Virus record (IMG/VR): IMGVR_UViG_2711768053_000017
Location: 1 to 12,136 of that record
Direction: 5' to 3' (one strand)
DNA from: a virus
Taxonomy: Duplodnaviria > Heunggongvirae > Uroviricota > Caudoviricetes
DNA length: 12,136 nt
The position numbers and the translations under genes are program-made. Shown here in pieces: positions 1 to 6,702 of this stretch (positions are counted from its first letter, which is position 1; each line of letters begins with the position of its first letter). The notes under the pieces are model-generated. The model had not been told where the DNA came from, did not search any database, and was given only the letters and a program-made list of their open reading frames with translations.

Positions 1-252
1 TTACCATATTTCGTCACCCGCAGGGGTGGATTTACCCCAGACATCCTGCTCGCTAAGTTCCGCGGCGTTCATGTCACACTGTGCCAGCAGTTCATCAAGC
101 GAGTAGCGCCTGGAGATGGGTGTCAGAATCAGTTGGTTGTTGCTCACCTGCGCTTCCACGCTCTGCCCCGGCTGTAAGTTAAGTTCTTTCATTACGATAT
201 TGGGAATGACCATACCTGCACTGTTCCCCCATCTTTTTATGGTAATACGCAT
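1..252 (-). CDS. chpS: MazE/ChpS-family antitoxin (AbrB/SpoVT-fold), 83 aa; toxin partner expected left of the window
   Basis: Translation MRITIKRWGNSAGMVIPNIVMKELNLQPGQ...YSLDELLAQCD...GDEIW matches my recollection of E. coli ChpS and carries the MazE-family KRWGNS motif. AAGGAGG Shine-Dalgarno lies about 6 nt upstream of the ATG at 252; the GTG at 258 in the ORF track sits directly on the SD and is unlikely to be the start. Stop codon is at 1-3. Confidence 0.7.
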   Translation of the reverse strand: MRITIKRWGNSAGMVIPNIVMKELNLQPGQSVEAQVSNNQLILTPISRRYSLDELLAQCDMNAAELSEQDVWGKSTPAGDEIW

Positions 253-266
253 CTGCACCTCCTTAA

Positions 267-283
267 GTTATACAAAGTATAAC
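267..283 (-). promoter_or_regulatory. Perfect 17-bp palindrome GTTATAC-AAA-GTATAAC overlapping a TATACT -10-like hexamer just upstream of the antitoxin RBS; candidate autoregulatory operator/promoter of the TA operon
   Basis: Inverted repeat with 7-bp arms seen directly in the sequence; on the minus strand it reads GTTATACTTTGTATAAC and is followed by TTAAGGAGG and the ATG. MazE-family antitoxins autoregulate through palindromes at their promoters. Confidence 0.35.
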
Positions 284-479
284 TCACGGTGCTACAGGAA
301 ACGTTTTACCCCTGCGCATTTGTGAACGCCAGCAGAGTTTTTTATGCGTTAACAGATATGGAAAGCGGCTCGGAGAGAAAAGCAAAGGGTGAGGGAATTA
401 CAAAACAGAATGCGAGTCGTCTCGCAAAAAACAACGCCACCCGAAGGTGACATGAAGGAGACCGAGCACACTGGCCTCC

Positions 480-542
480 CTTCGATATATCAATTAGTTA
501 CATTAATACACATAGTCTTAACTAGGCTTATTTAGTCCTATT
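480..542. other. Candidate attL / integration junction: AT-rich segment immediately downstream of the integrase stop codon
   Basis: In P2-type phages att lies directly beyond the 3' end of int. The segment is AT-rich, and 525-533 (GGCTTATTT) is the reverse complement of AAATAAGCC, which resembles part of the P2 att core as I remember it. That recollection is uncertain and no second copy (attR) is available in the window. Confidence 0.2.
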
Positions 543-1538
543 TTATGGGCAATATCTGGACAACTCAGCCACAGGATTAAAGCGCACAGCATCCTGCAGA
601 TAATCCGGTGCAAAATGGGCATAAGTCATCGTCTGCTGAATAGTGCTATGCCCAAGTATTCTCTGCAAAGTGATGATATTCCCGCCATTAATCATGAAGT
701 GAGTGGCAAAGGTATGCCGTAAAACATGTATCGACTGCCCTTCAGGAAGATCGGGCCTCACCTTTCTGATAGCCGTTCTGACAGCGGCATAACTCGGATA
801 AATTAAACGACCAGTAGCCTTAGTCTTAATCATGCACTCCAGTTCTGACGATATAGGTATAACGCGACGCTTCCCATTTTTTGTTTCCATAAAAATGACT
901 TTGCCGCTAATAACATGCTCCCCCTTGATATTTGCAACTTCACTCCATCTTCCACCTGTTGCCAGACACAACAAGACGGCTTTTAATTCATCACCAGATA
1001 ACAACTCCAGTAATCGTGGAATATCTTCATGATACAAATAAGCCATTTCAGGCTGTTTGATATTAAGTTTTTTCACATCATGAAACGGATTAACCCCAGA
1101 ATATTCCTCTGCGTCAATTAGTTTTGTGAAGAAACCACTCATCATTGCGCAATAACGATTAACCGTGGATTGTTTTATTCCGCGGTTAAGCAACAATAAC
1201 CGATAATTAATTATGTTCTTACGAGTAAGTTGGTCACTGCGTGTAACATTAATACTTTCAAGATCACTAATGACCGCAGAAATACGCACTCGCTCCATCG
1301 CACCGTAAGGATGGTTTTTCCCATGGTATAGCCACCAACAATCCAGCAACTCCCTCAGCGAGCGCCGTTCTGTTGGCTTATCAACCCAGTCTTTGTCGTG
1401 GTAATGCTGCAATACATGACGCTCATACAAAACAGCCTCACCACGAGTATCAAATCGCCGCCTGAATCTCTTTCCTTCTGATCCAGCAGGCCGCACGTCC
1501 ACACAAAATTTGCCATTAGCGAGCTTCTTAATCGACAT
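543..1538 (-). CDS. int: Tyrosine recombinase / phage integrase, P2-type, 331 aa
   Basis: Translation MSIKKLANGKFCVDVRPAGSEGKRFRRRF...LRHTFATHFMINGGNIITLQRILGHSTIQQTMTYAHFAPDYLQDA closely parallels P2 Int (arm-binding N-terminus, R...HxxR...Y catalytic signature). GGAGGG SD lies 7 nt upstream of the ATG at 1538; the longer ORF from 1574 lacks an SD. Confidence 0.9.
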   Translation of the reverse strand: MSIKKLANGKFCVDVRPAGSEGKRFRRRFDTRGEAVLYERHVLQHYHDKDWVDKPTERRSLRELLDCWWLYHGKNHPYGAMERVRISAVISDLESINVTRSDQLTRKNIINYRLLLLNRGIKQSTVNRYCAMMSGFFTKLIDAEEYSGVNPFHDVKKLNIKQPEMAYLYHEDIPRLLELLSGDELKAVLLCLATGGRWSEVANIKGEHVISGKVIFMETKNGKRRVIPISSELECMIKTKATGRLIYPSYAAVRTAIRKVRPDLPEGQSIHVLRHTFATHFMINGGNIITLQRILGHSTIQQTMTYAHFAPDYLQDAVRFNPVAELSRYCP

Positions 1539-1604
1539 AAGGAAGCCCTCCAATGAAAACATCATCTTGATCACAGCTCTGGGAAATAAATGCCTGGTGA
1601 ACCG

Positions 1605-1898
1605 TTAACCAGTTTTCTTGCCGGAGCGGGATGATTCCGCTTCGCCTTGCCCAATGTGTGCGAGAGCCGGTACAACCTGCCCGGCCTTGGGTTCAACTTC
1701 ATCAAACAGAAACCAGTCGCGGTATTTAGAAAATCTCGGGTGCTTGAAAAGCTTGATAGTGATCTCGAGGCCAGGAAGGTTACGACCATACTCATAACTG
1801 GTCAGAGCAGAATAAGAAATTCCAATCATATCAGCGAATTCCCGCTGAGTGAGATCTTCAGATTTGCGCATGACGCGAATTTTTTGAGGAATGTCCAT
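1605..1898 (-). CDS. C: Immunity repressor, P2 C-type (HTH), 97 aa
   Basis: Translation MDIPQKIRVMRKSEDLTQREFADMIGISYSALTSYEYGRN...PALAHIGQGEAESSRSGKKTG parallels P2 C (..LMRKSE..L....G..Y..LS.YE.GR...PALAHFGQNETTSPHSGQKTG). AGGAG SD lies 8 nt upstream of the ATG at 1898; it sits downstream of int on the same strand as in P2. The ORF-track start at 1970 is an unsupported N-terminal extension. Confidence 0.85.
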   Translation of the reverse strand: MDIPQKIRVMRKSEDLTQREFADMIGISYSALTSYEYGRNLPGLEITIKLFKHPRFSKYRDWFLFDEVEPKAGQVVPALAHIGQGEAESSRSGKKTG

Positions 1899-1940
1899 TT
1901 GACAAACTCCTACATATGTGTAGATTAACACCACATATGA
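1899..1940 (+). promoter_or_regulatory. Candidate early rightward promoter (Pe-like) with two direct-repeat operator half-sites flanking the -10
   Basis: Consensus -35 TTGACA (1899-1904), 16-nt spacer, -10 TAGATT (1921-1926). 8-bp direct repeats TACATATG (1911-1918) and CACATATG (1932-1939), 21 bp apart, flank the -10. That is the operator layout described for P2 C repressor, which binds two direct repeats flanking the Pe -10. Confidence 0.5.
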
Positions 1941-2012
1941 ACAGCAAACAAATGTTCTAAGTGGTTCCAACTAGTGCCAATTAGAAAGAGCACCAATGGC
2001 GGAGGATATCAG

Positions 2013-2438
2013 ATGCAAGAAAGCACTCAAAACGCGCCTGAGTCACTTTGCGGAACACGATGCGATCGCCTGTCAGAAATGCCAGAAGGGGAGCATCAAA
2101 AAACAGAACGCAAAGCACGTGAACGTGAAGAAATTCGACTTTCAGAAAATCCCTCGCATCTCCTGTCAAAAGAAGGATTTGCGCTGTATATCGGCAAAAC
2201 AGTTAGCGCCATTGTGAGCATGGCTAAAGCAGGGAAATTGCCAGCCGTGTATATGGCAGACCCTCTTAGGCCAGGAGGAAACGCTGAACTCTACATCAAC
2301 AGAAAAGCGTGGGATGAAGCATGTGATCGCTTGATCGAAAACGCTCCGCAGGAATGGCATGACTGGGAAAACCGCCTGTTTTTATTTAAGCCGACACATA
2401 GCGAACGAAGCAGAACTAAAAAAGCGAGGGCCGCATGA
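2013..2438 (+). CDS. cox: Cox-like excisionase / transcriptional switch protein, 141 aa (alternative start 2079 gives 119 aa)
   Basis: The stretch LLSKEGFALYIGKTVSAIVSMAKAGKLPAVYMADPLRPGGNAELYINRKAW parallels P2 Cox (..YQEFAKLIGKSTGAVRRMIDKGKLPVIDMTDP...GEYWVYLPAWN). GGAGG SD at 2001-2005 is 7 nt before the ATG at 2013. It is first in the rightward operon, divergent from C. Roughly 35-50 N-terminal residues exceed P2 Cox, so the true start is uncertain. Confidence 0.7.
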   Translation: MQESTQNAPESLCGTRCDRLSEMPEGEHQKTERKAREREEIRLSENPSHLLSKEGFALYIGKTVSAIVSMAKAGKLPAVYMADPLRPGGNAELYINRKAWDEACDRLIENAPQEWHDWENRLFLFKPTHSERSRTKKARAA

Positions 2439-2476
2439 TTGCTTTATTGTTAACACATTATTTTCGTCGCCGTTAT

Positions 2477-2506
2477 TTCAAACACGGGCAGTTAGTGGGC
2501 TATATC
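2477..2506 (+). promoter_or_regulatory. Weak candidate sigma70 promoter ahead of the AT-rich cassette
   Basis: TTCAAA (2477-2482), 18-nt spacer, TATATC (2501-2506), about 37 bp upstream of the ATG at 2543. Match to consensus is only moderate. Confidence 0.25.
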
Positions 2507-2542
2507 ACACTGCCTGAATGAGTTAAAAGAGGTAACAGTAGA

Positions 2543-3151
2543 ATGAATCACAAAAATAAAGCGCTACTGGAACGACTGGAAACCCTGAAAAACGAAAAAC
2601 CACACCAGAAGCTTTTGCTGGTTTTTCCGGGCAAACCACAGGTTGAAATCAGCATTGACTACCACGAATTACACAGAACGTTCGCTGACCTGATGGCATT
2701 TAAATCAAAGCTTCAGAATGGCGAAGATTTGAAAGATGCCACCCTGCATCCCGACGATGAATACGGCCATTTTTGTCGGGATAACGCAAAGGGAACGTTC
2801 GGATTGGTTTTAGAACCAGTATGCGGCGTCATGCTCAGGTTTCCTGCCGAAGAAGCATTTGAACTTTATCGACAGATTATGGATGACGAATCAATGCTCA
2901 TTAAAGAAACAGCAGACTGTACATGCGCTAACACTAAACCGTACATTTATGCTGGCTCATACACTGATGAAGAACTGATAAATTTTTTGGAAACCGTTGT
3001 AGCAGAATTGAAATGCCGCAACAGGTTACCACTAAGACAACAACAATTACGGCATGAGTTAGAGGCCTACCAGGCTGAAATAGATAGAAACAATGAGTTT
3101 CTTAATTCAGTCGTGTATCGGCAGGATAAAAATCCCAAGCAGAATCCTTAA
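2543..3151 (+). CDS. Hypothetical protein, 202 aa, in AT-rich accessory cassette
   Basis: Long ORF with AAAGAGGT SD about 9 nt upstream of the ATG; no family recognised by eye. Noticeably AT-richer than the flanking phage backbone. Confidence 0.6.
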   Translation: MNHKNKALLERLETLKNEKPHQKLLLVFPGKPQVEISIDYHELHRTFADLMAFKSKLQNGEDLKDATLHPDDEYGHFCRDNAKGTFGLVLEPVCGVMLRFPAEEAFELYRQIMDDESMLIKETADCTCANTKPYIYAGSYTDEELINFLETVVAELKCRNRLPLRQQQLRHELEAYQAEIDRNNEFLNSVVYRQDKNPKQNP

Positions 3152-3569
3152 AGTGCAACAGACTTTCATCTTCATAACTTAAATCAGGCATTGGAGATGA
3201 GAGCTCGTGCTTATAAAGAATCTGGATACGCTCGGATACATGCTCTGGTATTACATATGCATTAATATCATTCCAGAGAACAATAAGTATGTCATGGAGA
3301 CACATATTTTTGGCATCAGACAATGAAACACCCTTTTGGGTGAAAAGATAATGATAAAGCACATTTTTTCCGAAGAGGACTACACACTTGGAATCAATAT
3401 TTCTTCGATACTCGACAAGTAGCAAATCCAATTTAAGGAGAATTAATGCTCGAGTAGCAACAAATGCTGAGTTGGCTGTTTCTTTATCCAGCACATCACG
3501 ATAGGATTCAGCAACTCGCTCGCAGTGTTTTTCAAAAATTCGCAGACACACAAAAGCATCTAATTCCAT
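3102..3569 (-). CDS. Hypothetical protein, 155 aa, convergent with and overlapping the 3' end of the 2543-3151 gene by 50 bp
   Basis: AAGGAG SD 6 nt upstream of the ATG at 3569 (MELDAFVCLRIFEKHCERV...). The ORF-track extension to 3722 is a Cys-rich low-complexity stretch without an SD, so the shorter start is preferred. No recognisable motif. Confidence 0.6.
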   Translation of the reverse strand: MELDAFVCLRIFEKHCERVAESYRDVLDKETANSAFVATRALILLKLDLLLVEYRRNIDSKCVVLFGKNVLYHYLFTQKGVSLSDAKNMCLHDILIVLWNDINAYVIPEHVSERIQILYKHELSSPMPDLSYEDESLLHFKDSAWDFYPADTRLN

Positions 3570-3710
3570 AACAACTCCTTTGTGGTTGGTTAAACACGCG
3601 CCCTTTACAGCCCCTTCAAGACTGCGGGCGGTGGAAAAATACCACAAAACCATGCGCCGGGCATGGCTAAAACCCGGCACAAATTCGCAACAGCAGCAGG
3701 ATATTTTTGT

Positions 3711-4061
3711 ATGAAGCAACAACGAAATTCTTCACAGCAACGCTTCCGCAACGGGGCGGAACGCCACGCTAACCGTTTCGCCACCAGTGCATCACGCAGC
3801 AGCTCTCGCTACAGCCTGAGCGAAACACACGCCACACCTGATGGCCATCCCGTAAAACAAATTGGTGAACACACCTGGCTGATTGAGAAGGCTGGAATCG
3901 TGGTCCACAAATGCCCGCGCAATCCGTTCACCGGAAACCGCATTTTTGAACTGATCAGCGGCGACAATCACCTCGGGCAGGATTTCACATTGTACGAAGC
4001 ACTACGCACGGTTGATCGTCTGCTTCGCGGGCAAAATTTTATTAAACAGACTGATTTATAA
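3711..4061 (+). CDS. Hypothetical protein, about 116 aa (start uncertain; 3663 is the alternative)
   Basis: ORF with a plausible globular C-terminal half (…WLIEKAGIVVHKCPRNPFTGNRIFELISGDNHLGQDFTLYEALRTVDRLL…), but the N-terminal part is S/R-rich and neither candidate ATG has a convincing SD. Confidence 0.4.
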   Translation: MKQQRNSSQQRFRNGAERHANRFATSASRSSSRYSLSETHATPDGHPVKQIGEHTWLIEKAGIVVHKCPRNPFTGNRIFELISGDNHLGQDFTLYEALRTVDRLLRGQNFIKQTDL

Positions 4062-4071
4062 CAGGTGCTTT

Positions 4072-4350
4072 ATGACTAAAGACCATACTCAAGGTGTATT
4101 TATCCGCTTTATTGATTCTCGCGGTGAACTGTTATTGCGTGCATCAGCTATTAATGGTGTAGCCCAGACAAAAGACGCAACCACTCATATTTATTTGGAC
4201 AGCACCGCACAACTGATCGTGGAGCTTCCGTACCAGACTGTACGTGAAGTCATTAGCGAAGCTGAAAAGGCACGTCAGATTAATAGCGATGAACCATACA
4301 TCGAAATTATCTGCATGGATTCAAAAACAGAAATCCAGAAGACAGATTAA
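4072..4350 (+). CDS. Hypothetical small protein, 92 aa
   Basis: ATG at 4072 preceded by AGGTG with a short spacer; it starts 10 nt after the previous stop, consistent with an operon. No family recognised. Confidence 0.5.
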   Translation: MTKDHTQGVFIRFIDSRGELLLRASAINGVAQTKDATTHIYLDSTAQLIVELPYQTVREVISEAEKARQINSDEPYIEIICMDSKTEIQKTD

Positions 4351-4361
4351 AGGGCGTTGTG

Positions 4362-4604
4362 ATGGATAAAGAATATAAAACTCTCGTCAATAAAGCACTT
4401 GAGCGTTTTCATTTTCGCTTAAGCGCATCAGGCACTCATGCTGAGCTCGCAGCCCGAGAGTCATTGACCAGGGCCATCAAGAGTATATACGACACGGCTT
4501 TTTACATTGACGATCCGGACGCACTCGACGAGCTTTCCATACTCGTCTGCGCCGCAGAAAACGGGCATCACATTGAACCGTATAACCTGGGGAGTATCGC
4601 GTGA
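4362..4604 (+). CDS. Hypothetical small protein, 80 aa
   Basis: ATG at 4362 with AAGGG about 7 nt upstream; tightly spaced after the previous gene. No family recognised. Confidence 0.5.
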   Translation: MDKEYKTLVNKALERFHFRLSASGTHAELAARESLTRAIKSIYDTAFYIDDPDALDELSILVCAAENGHHIEPYNLGSIA

Positions 4605-4714
4605 GCATATTTATTTCATGGCTTGTTCTGATTATTTCGGTGGCCTGCGCCATTGGGATTATGCGAATTATTCATTCAGTAAAAAAGATTGAACGCTTTT
4701 TCACTGGTGAATAA
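4601..4714 (+). CDS. Small hydrophobic single-TM peptide, 37 aa, not in the ORF track (below its length cutoff)
   Basis: GTG start at 4601 overlaps the upstream stop (GTGA) and is preceded by GGGGAG 6 nt upstream. Translation (M)SIFISWLVLIISVACAIGIMRIIHSVKKIERFFTGE is one predicted transmembrane helix followed by a basic tail. Confidence 0.4.
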   Translation: MSIFISWLVLIISVACAIGIMRIIHSVKKIERFFTGE

Positions 4715-4807
4715 CAGCACAAATAAAACACCAGATTAAATAAGAAAACGTGAAAACCATCCGTATTAACGGAGGTATTCGCACACGCAAATAACGGAGA
4801 TACAAAA

Positions 4808-5218
4808 ATGCACGCAAAAGAAGAAGGTATCATCAGAGCACTGAAAGAAATTTCAAAGACAGAAAACGAAGTAGCGAAAAAAGCCATAGCAAATAATCAT
4901 ATGGACGTCGCAACCCACACACTGATAGTCGCAAGAGTTACGGCAGAAGCAGCCGAAATTATCGCAAAACAGGATGCTGAACTGGCGGTTCTCAGAACAC
5001 AACCAATCACCGGGCTGGATTTGTCTAACACCGGACGCCTTATTTACACAATTGGCTCGGAGCTACAGCGATACACCATTATCGCCGGATTACAGGATAA
5101 ATACCTGATCACTCCTCACCCCATAAGGGAATCAGAAATTCTGACAAATCTCCGCCTGATAGAGCGCTCTCAAGTCGCATTCATTGATGACGCACAGCGC
5201 ACCGCATTTAACGCATAG
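4808..5218 (+). CDS. Hypothetical protein, 136 aa
   Basis: ATG with ACGGAG SD about 8 nt upstream; clean ORF with ordinary composition; no family recognised. Confidence 0.55.
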   Translation: MHAKEEGIIRALKEISKTENEVAKKAIANNHMDVATHTLIVARVTAEAAEIIAKQDAELAVLRTQPITGLDLSNTGRLIYTIGSELQRYTIIAGLQDKYLITPHPIRESEILTNLRLIERSQVAFIDDAQRTAFNA

Positions 5219-5236
5219 GGTTACTGGACAAAAAAA

Positions 5237-5245
5237 GGGGGGGGG
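5237..5245. repeat. Homopolymeric G9 tract (preceded by A7) 2 nt upstream of the start codon of the 5248 operon
   Basis: Counted directly: A at 5230-5236, G at 5237-5245, then CA and the ATG at 5248. The tract doubles as the only purine-rich SD-like element for this start codon. Confidence 0.9.
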
Positions 5246-5247
5246 CA

Positions 5248-5451
5248 ATGGCAATTAAGCGTTTTTCCGTCATTCGTTTCGCATCCAGAGGGCGTGAATA
5301 CGAAGTTGACGAACGGCTGATTAAAACGCTCGACCGTCACCGTTCGCAACCTGACGCGCATCACATTTATCTCACTGACGACACTTACTTCTGCGCCACC
5401 AACGTGGTGCAGGTGAACCTTATCCGACACGTACAGGAGTCACGCAGATGA
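5248..5451 (+). CDS. Hypothetical small protein, 67 aa; first gene of a translationally coupled four-gene operon
   Basis: ATG directly after the G9 tract; its stop overlaps the next start (ATGA). No family recognised. Confidence 0.5.
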   Translation: MAIKRFSVIRFASRGREYEVDERLIKTLDRHRSQPDAHHIYLTDDTYFCATNVVQVNLIRHVQESRR

Positions 5452-5666
5452 ACAGAAGGAGAATTACACGCAGACATCGCCGTACACGCCTGAGCTCCCC
5501 GCCAACACTAAAGGGACTCATTCAAAGCGAGATCGGTGATTTCTTCGCTGGATTTGGATCACCTGGCGAACCAGAAACACCTGAAGCGATGCAGCGCGAA
5601 CTCATGATGCGCATCGATAACGTTTTTGACTTTTTCCTGAATAACAAAAGAGAGCAACCGACATGA
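5448..5666 (+). CDS. Hypothetical small protein, 72 aa, with a strongly basic N-terminus (MNRRRITRRHRRTR)
   Basis: ATGA overlap with both the upstream and the downstream gene supports real, coupled translation. Confidence 0.5.
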   Translation: MNRRRITRRHRRTRLSSPPTLKGLIQSEIGDFFAGFGSPGEPETPEAMQRELMMRIDNVFDFFLNNKREQPT

Positions 5667-5875
5667 ACGAAAAGACCTGGTTTCGCGCATACATGTGGGC
5701 GCTGGTATGCGTCCTCGTCTCTATCATTCTGTATGCAGGACTACTCCCCCGAATGATCTCATCAGACAGCTCCTTCCTGGTATTGCTGGGCATTTTTGTT
5801 GCCTTGCTGTACCCGGCGGGCGTTGTCCGCTTTTTCAGTAACTACATCAAAGCAATTATGGAAACCAAACAATGA
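5663..5875 (+). CDS. Small integral membrane protein, 70 aa, two predicted TM helices
   Basis: Hydrophobic segments AYMWALVCVLVSIILYAGLL and FLVLLGIFVALLYPAGVV; ATGA overlaps on both sides. It sits immediately upstream of the SPFH gene, like the NfeD-type membrane partners of SPFH proteins. Confidence 0.6.
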   Translation: MNEKTWFRAYMWALVCVLVSIILYAGLLPRMISSDSSFLVLLGIFVALLYPAGVVRFFSNYIKAIMETKQ

Positions 5876-6696
5876 AAAAACTATTACCACTCATCCCTCT
5901 CCTGATGACCACACTTCTGGTTGGCTGTGACCGCGTGGAGCCGGGCAATGTAGGCATCAAAGTCAACAAACTGGGCGACGATAAAGGCGTCGGTGAAGTG
6001 GTTGGCGTTGGTCGCTACTGGACAGGCTGGAATACCGAGGTTTACATCTTCCCGACCTTCAAACAAATGAAGACCTACGATGAGCCGTTCAGCTTTCAGA
6101 TGAGTGACGGCACAACCATCGGCTATCACATCGGTGTAGCCTACAAGGTTGATCCATCCAAAGTTACTACAGTGTTTCAGACCTACCGCAAAGGCGTGGA
6201 CGACATTACCGACACTGACCTGCGCCAGAAGATCGCCGATGCACTCAACCGACTGGCCAGCAAAATGACCACCGATAAGTTTATCGACGGTGGTAAGTCT
6301 GAACTGCTGGATTCAGCACTTAAAGACATTCAGGCAGAAATGACACCTATCGGCATTCAGGTAATGAGCCTCTCTTATGTCGGTAAACCGGAATACCCGC
6401 CAACCGTGATCGACAGCATTAATGCCAAAGTCACAGCGAACCAGAAAACCCTGCAACGCGAACAGGAAGTCAAGCAACGCGAAGCAGAAGCCAACATGCT
6501 GCGCGCAGAAGCTGCCGGACAGGCTGATGCCATTCGCACAAAAGCCCAGGCTGAAGCCGACGCCATTCGTTTACGCGGTGAAGCTCTGCGCCAGAATCCC
6601 GGCGTTATGGAGCTGGAAGCAATCAACAAATGGAACGGCACGCTGCCGCAATACATGACCAGCAATACCGCTGTTCCGTTTGTTCCGGTGAAGTAA
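5872..6696 (+). CDS. SPFH/band-7 (HflC/stomatin/prohibitin-like) lipoprotein, 274 aa, predicted inner-membrane anchored
   Basis: N-terminal signal peptide with lipobox LLVGC followed by Asp at +2 (inner-membrane retention signal). The C-terminal Ala/Glu-rich coiled-coil (LRAEAAGQADAIRTKAQAEADAIRLRGEALRQNP...LEAINKW) resembles the HflC/HflK C-terminal region. ATGA-coupled to the upstream membrane protein. Confidence 0.65.
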   Translation: MKKLLPLIPLLMTTLLVGCDRVEPGNVGIKVNKLGDDKGVGEVVGVGRYWTGWNTEVYIFPTFKQMKTYDEPFSFQMSDGTTIGYHIGVAYKVDPSKVTTVFQTYRKGVDDITDTDLRQKIADALNRLASKMTTDKFIDGGKSELLDSALKDIQAEMTPIGIQVMSLSYVGKPEYPPTVIDSINAKVTANQKTLQREQEVKQREAEANMLRAEAAGQADAIRTKAQAEADAIRLRGEALRQNPGVMELEAINKWNGTLPQYMTSNTAVPFVPVK

Positions 6697-6702
6697 TTAA
6701 AC

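Noticed and set aside
116-325. 69-aa plus-strand ORF
   Set aside because: Antisense to the antitoxin gene and its promoter; no SD; hydrophobic shadow-frame composition.
253-542. Possible tRNA or tmRNA integration target
   Set aside because: I found no acceptor-stem/T-loop-like sequence by eye; P2-type integrases typically use non-tRNA sites. A proper tRNA scan was not run.
1899-1970. N-terminal extension of the C repressor ORF (121-aa version)
   Set aside because: It would run through the early promoter/operator region; the ATG at 1898 has AGGAG 8 nt upstream and yields a P2 C-sized protein.
1981-2360. Overlapping minus-strand and alternative-frame ORFs (62, 73 and 64 aa) in the cox region
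   Set aside because: They overlap the Cox-like gene, which has both homology and SD support.
3656-3678. Hairpin GCCGGG-N11-CCCGGC in the divergent intergenic region
   Set aside because: Short 6-bp stem with no adjacent T-run and no repeat elsewhere in the window; not enough to call a terminator or operator.
3569-3722. N-terminal extension of the minus-strand 155-aa gene to 206 aa
   Set aside because: The extension is Cys-rich low complexity without an SD, whereas the ATG at 3569 has AAGGAG 6 nt upstream.
4507-4692. 61-aa plus-strand ORF
   Set aside because: It overlaps the 80-aa gene in another frame and lacks an SD; the 37-aa GTG-initiated peptide at 4601 explains the downstream part better.
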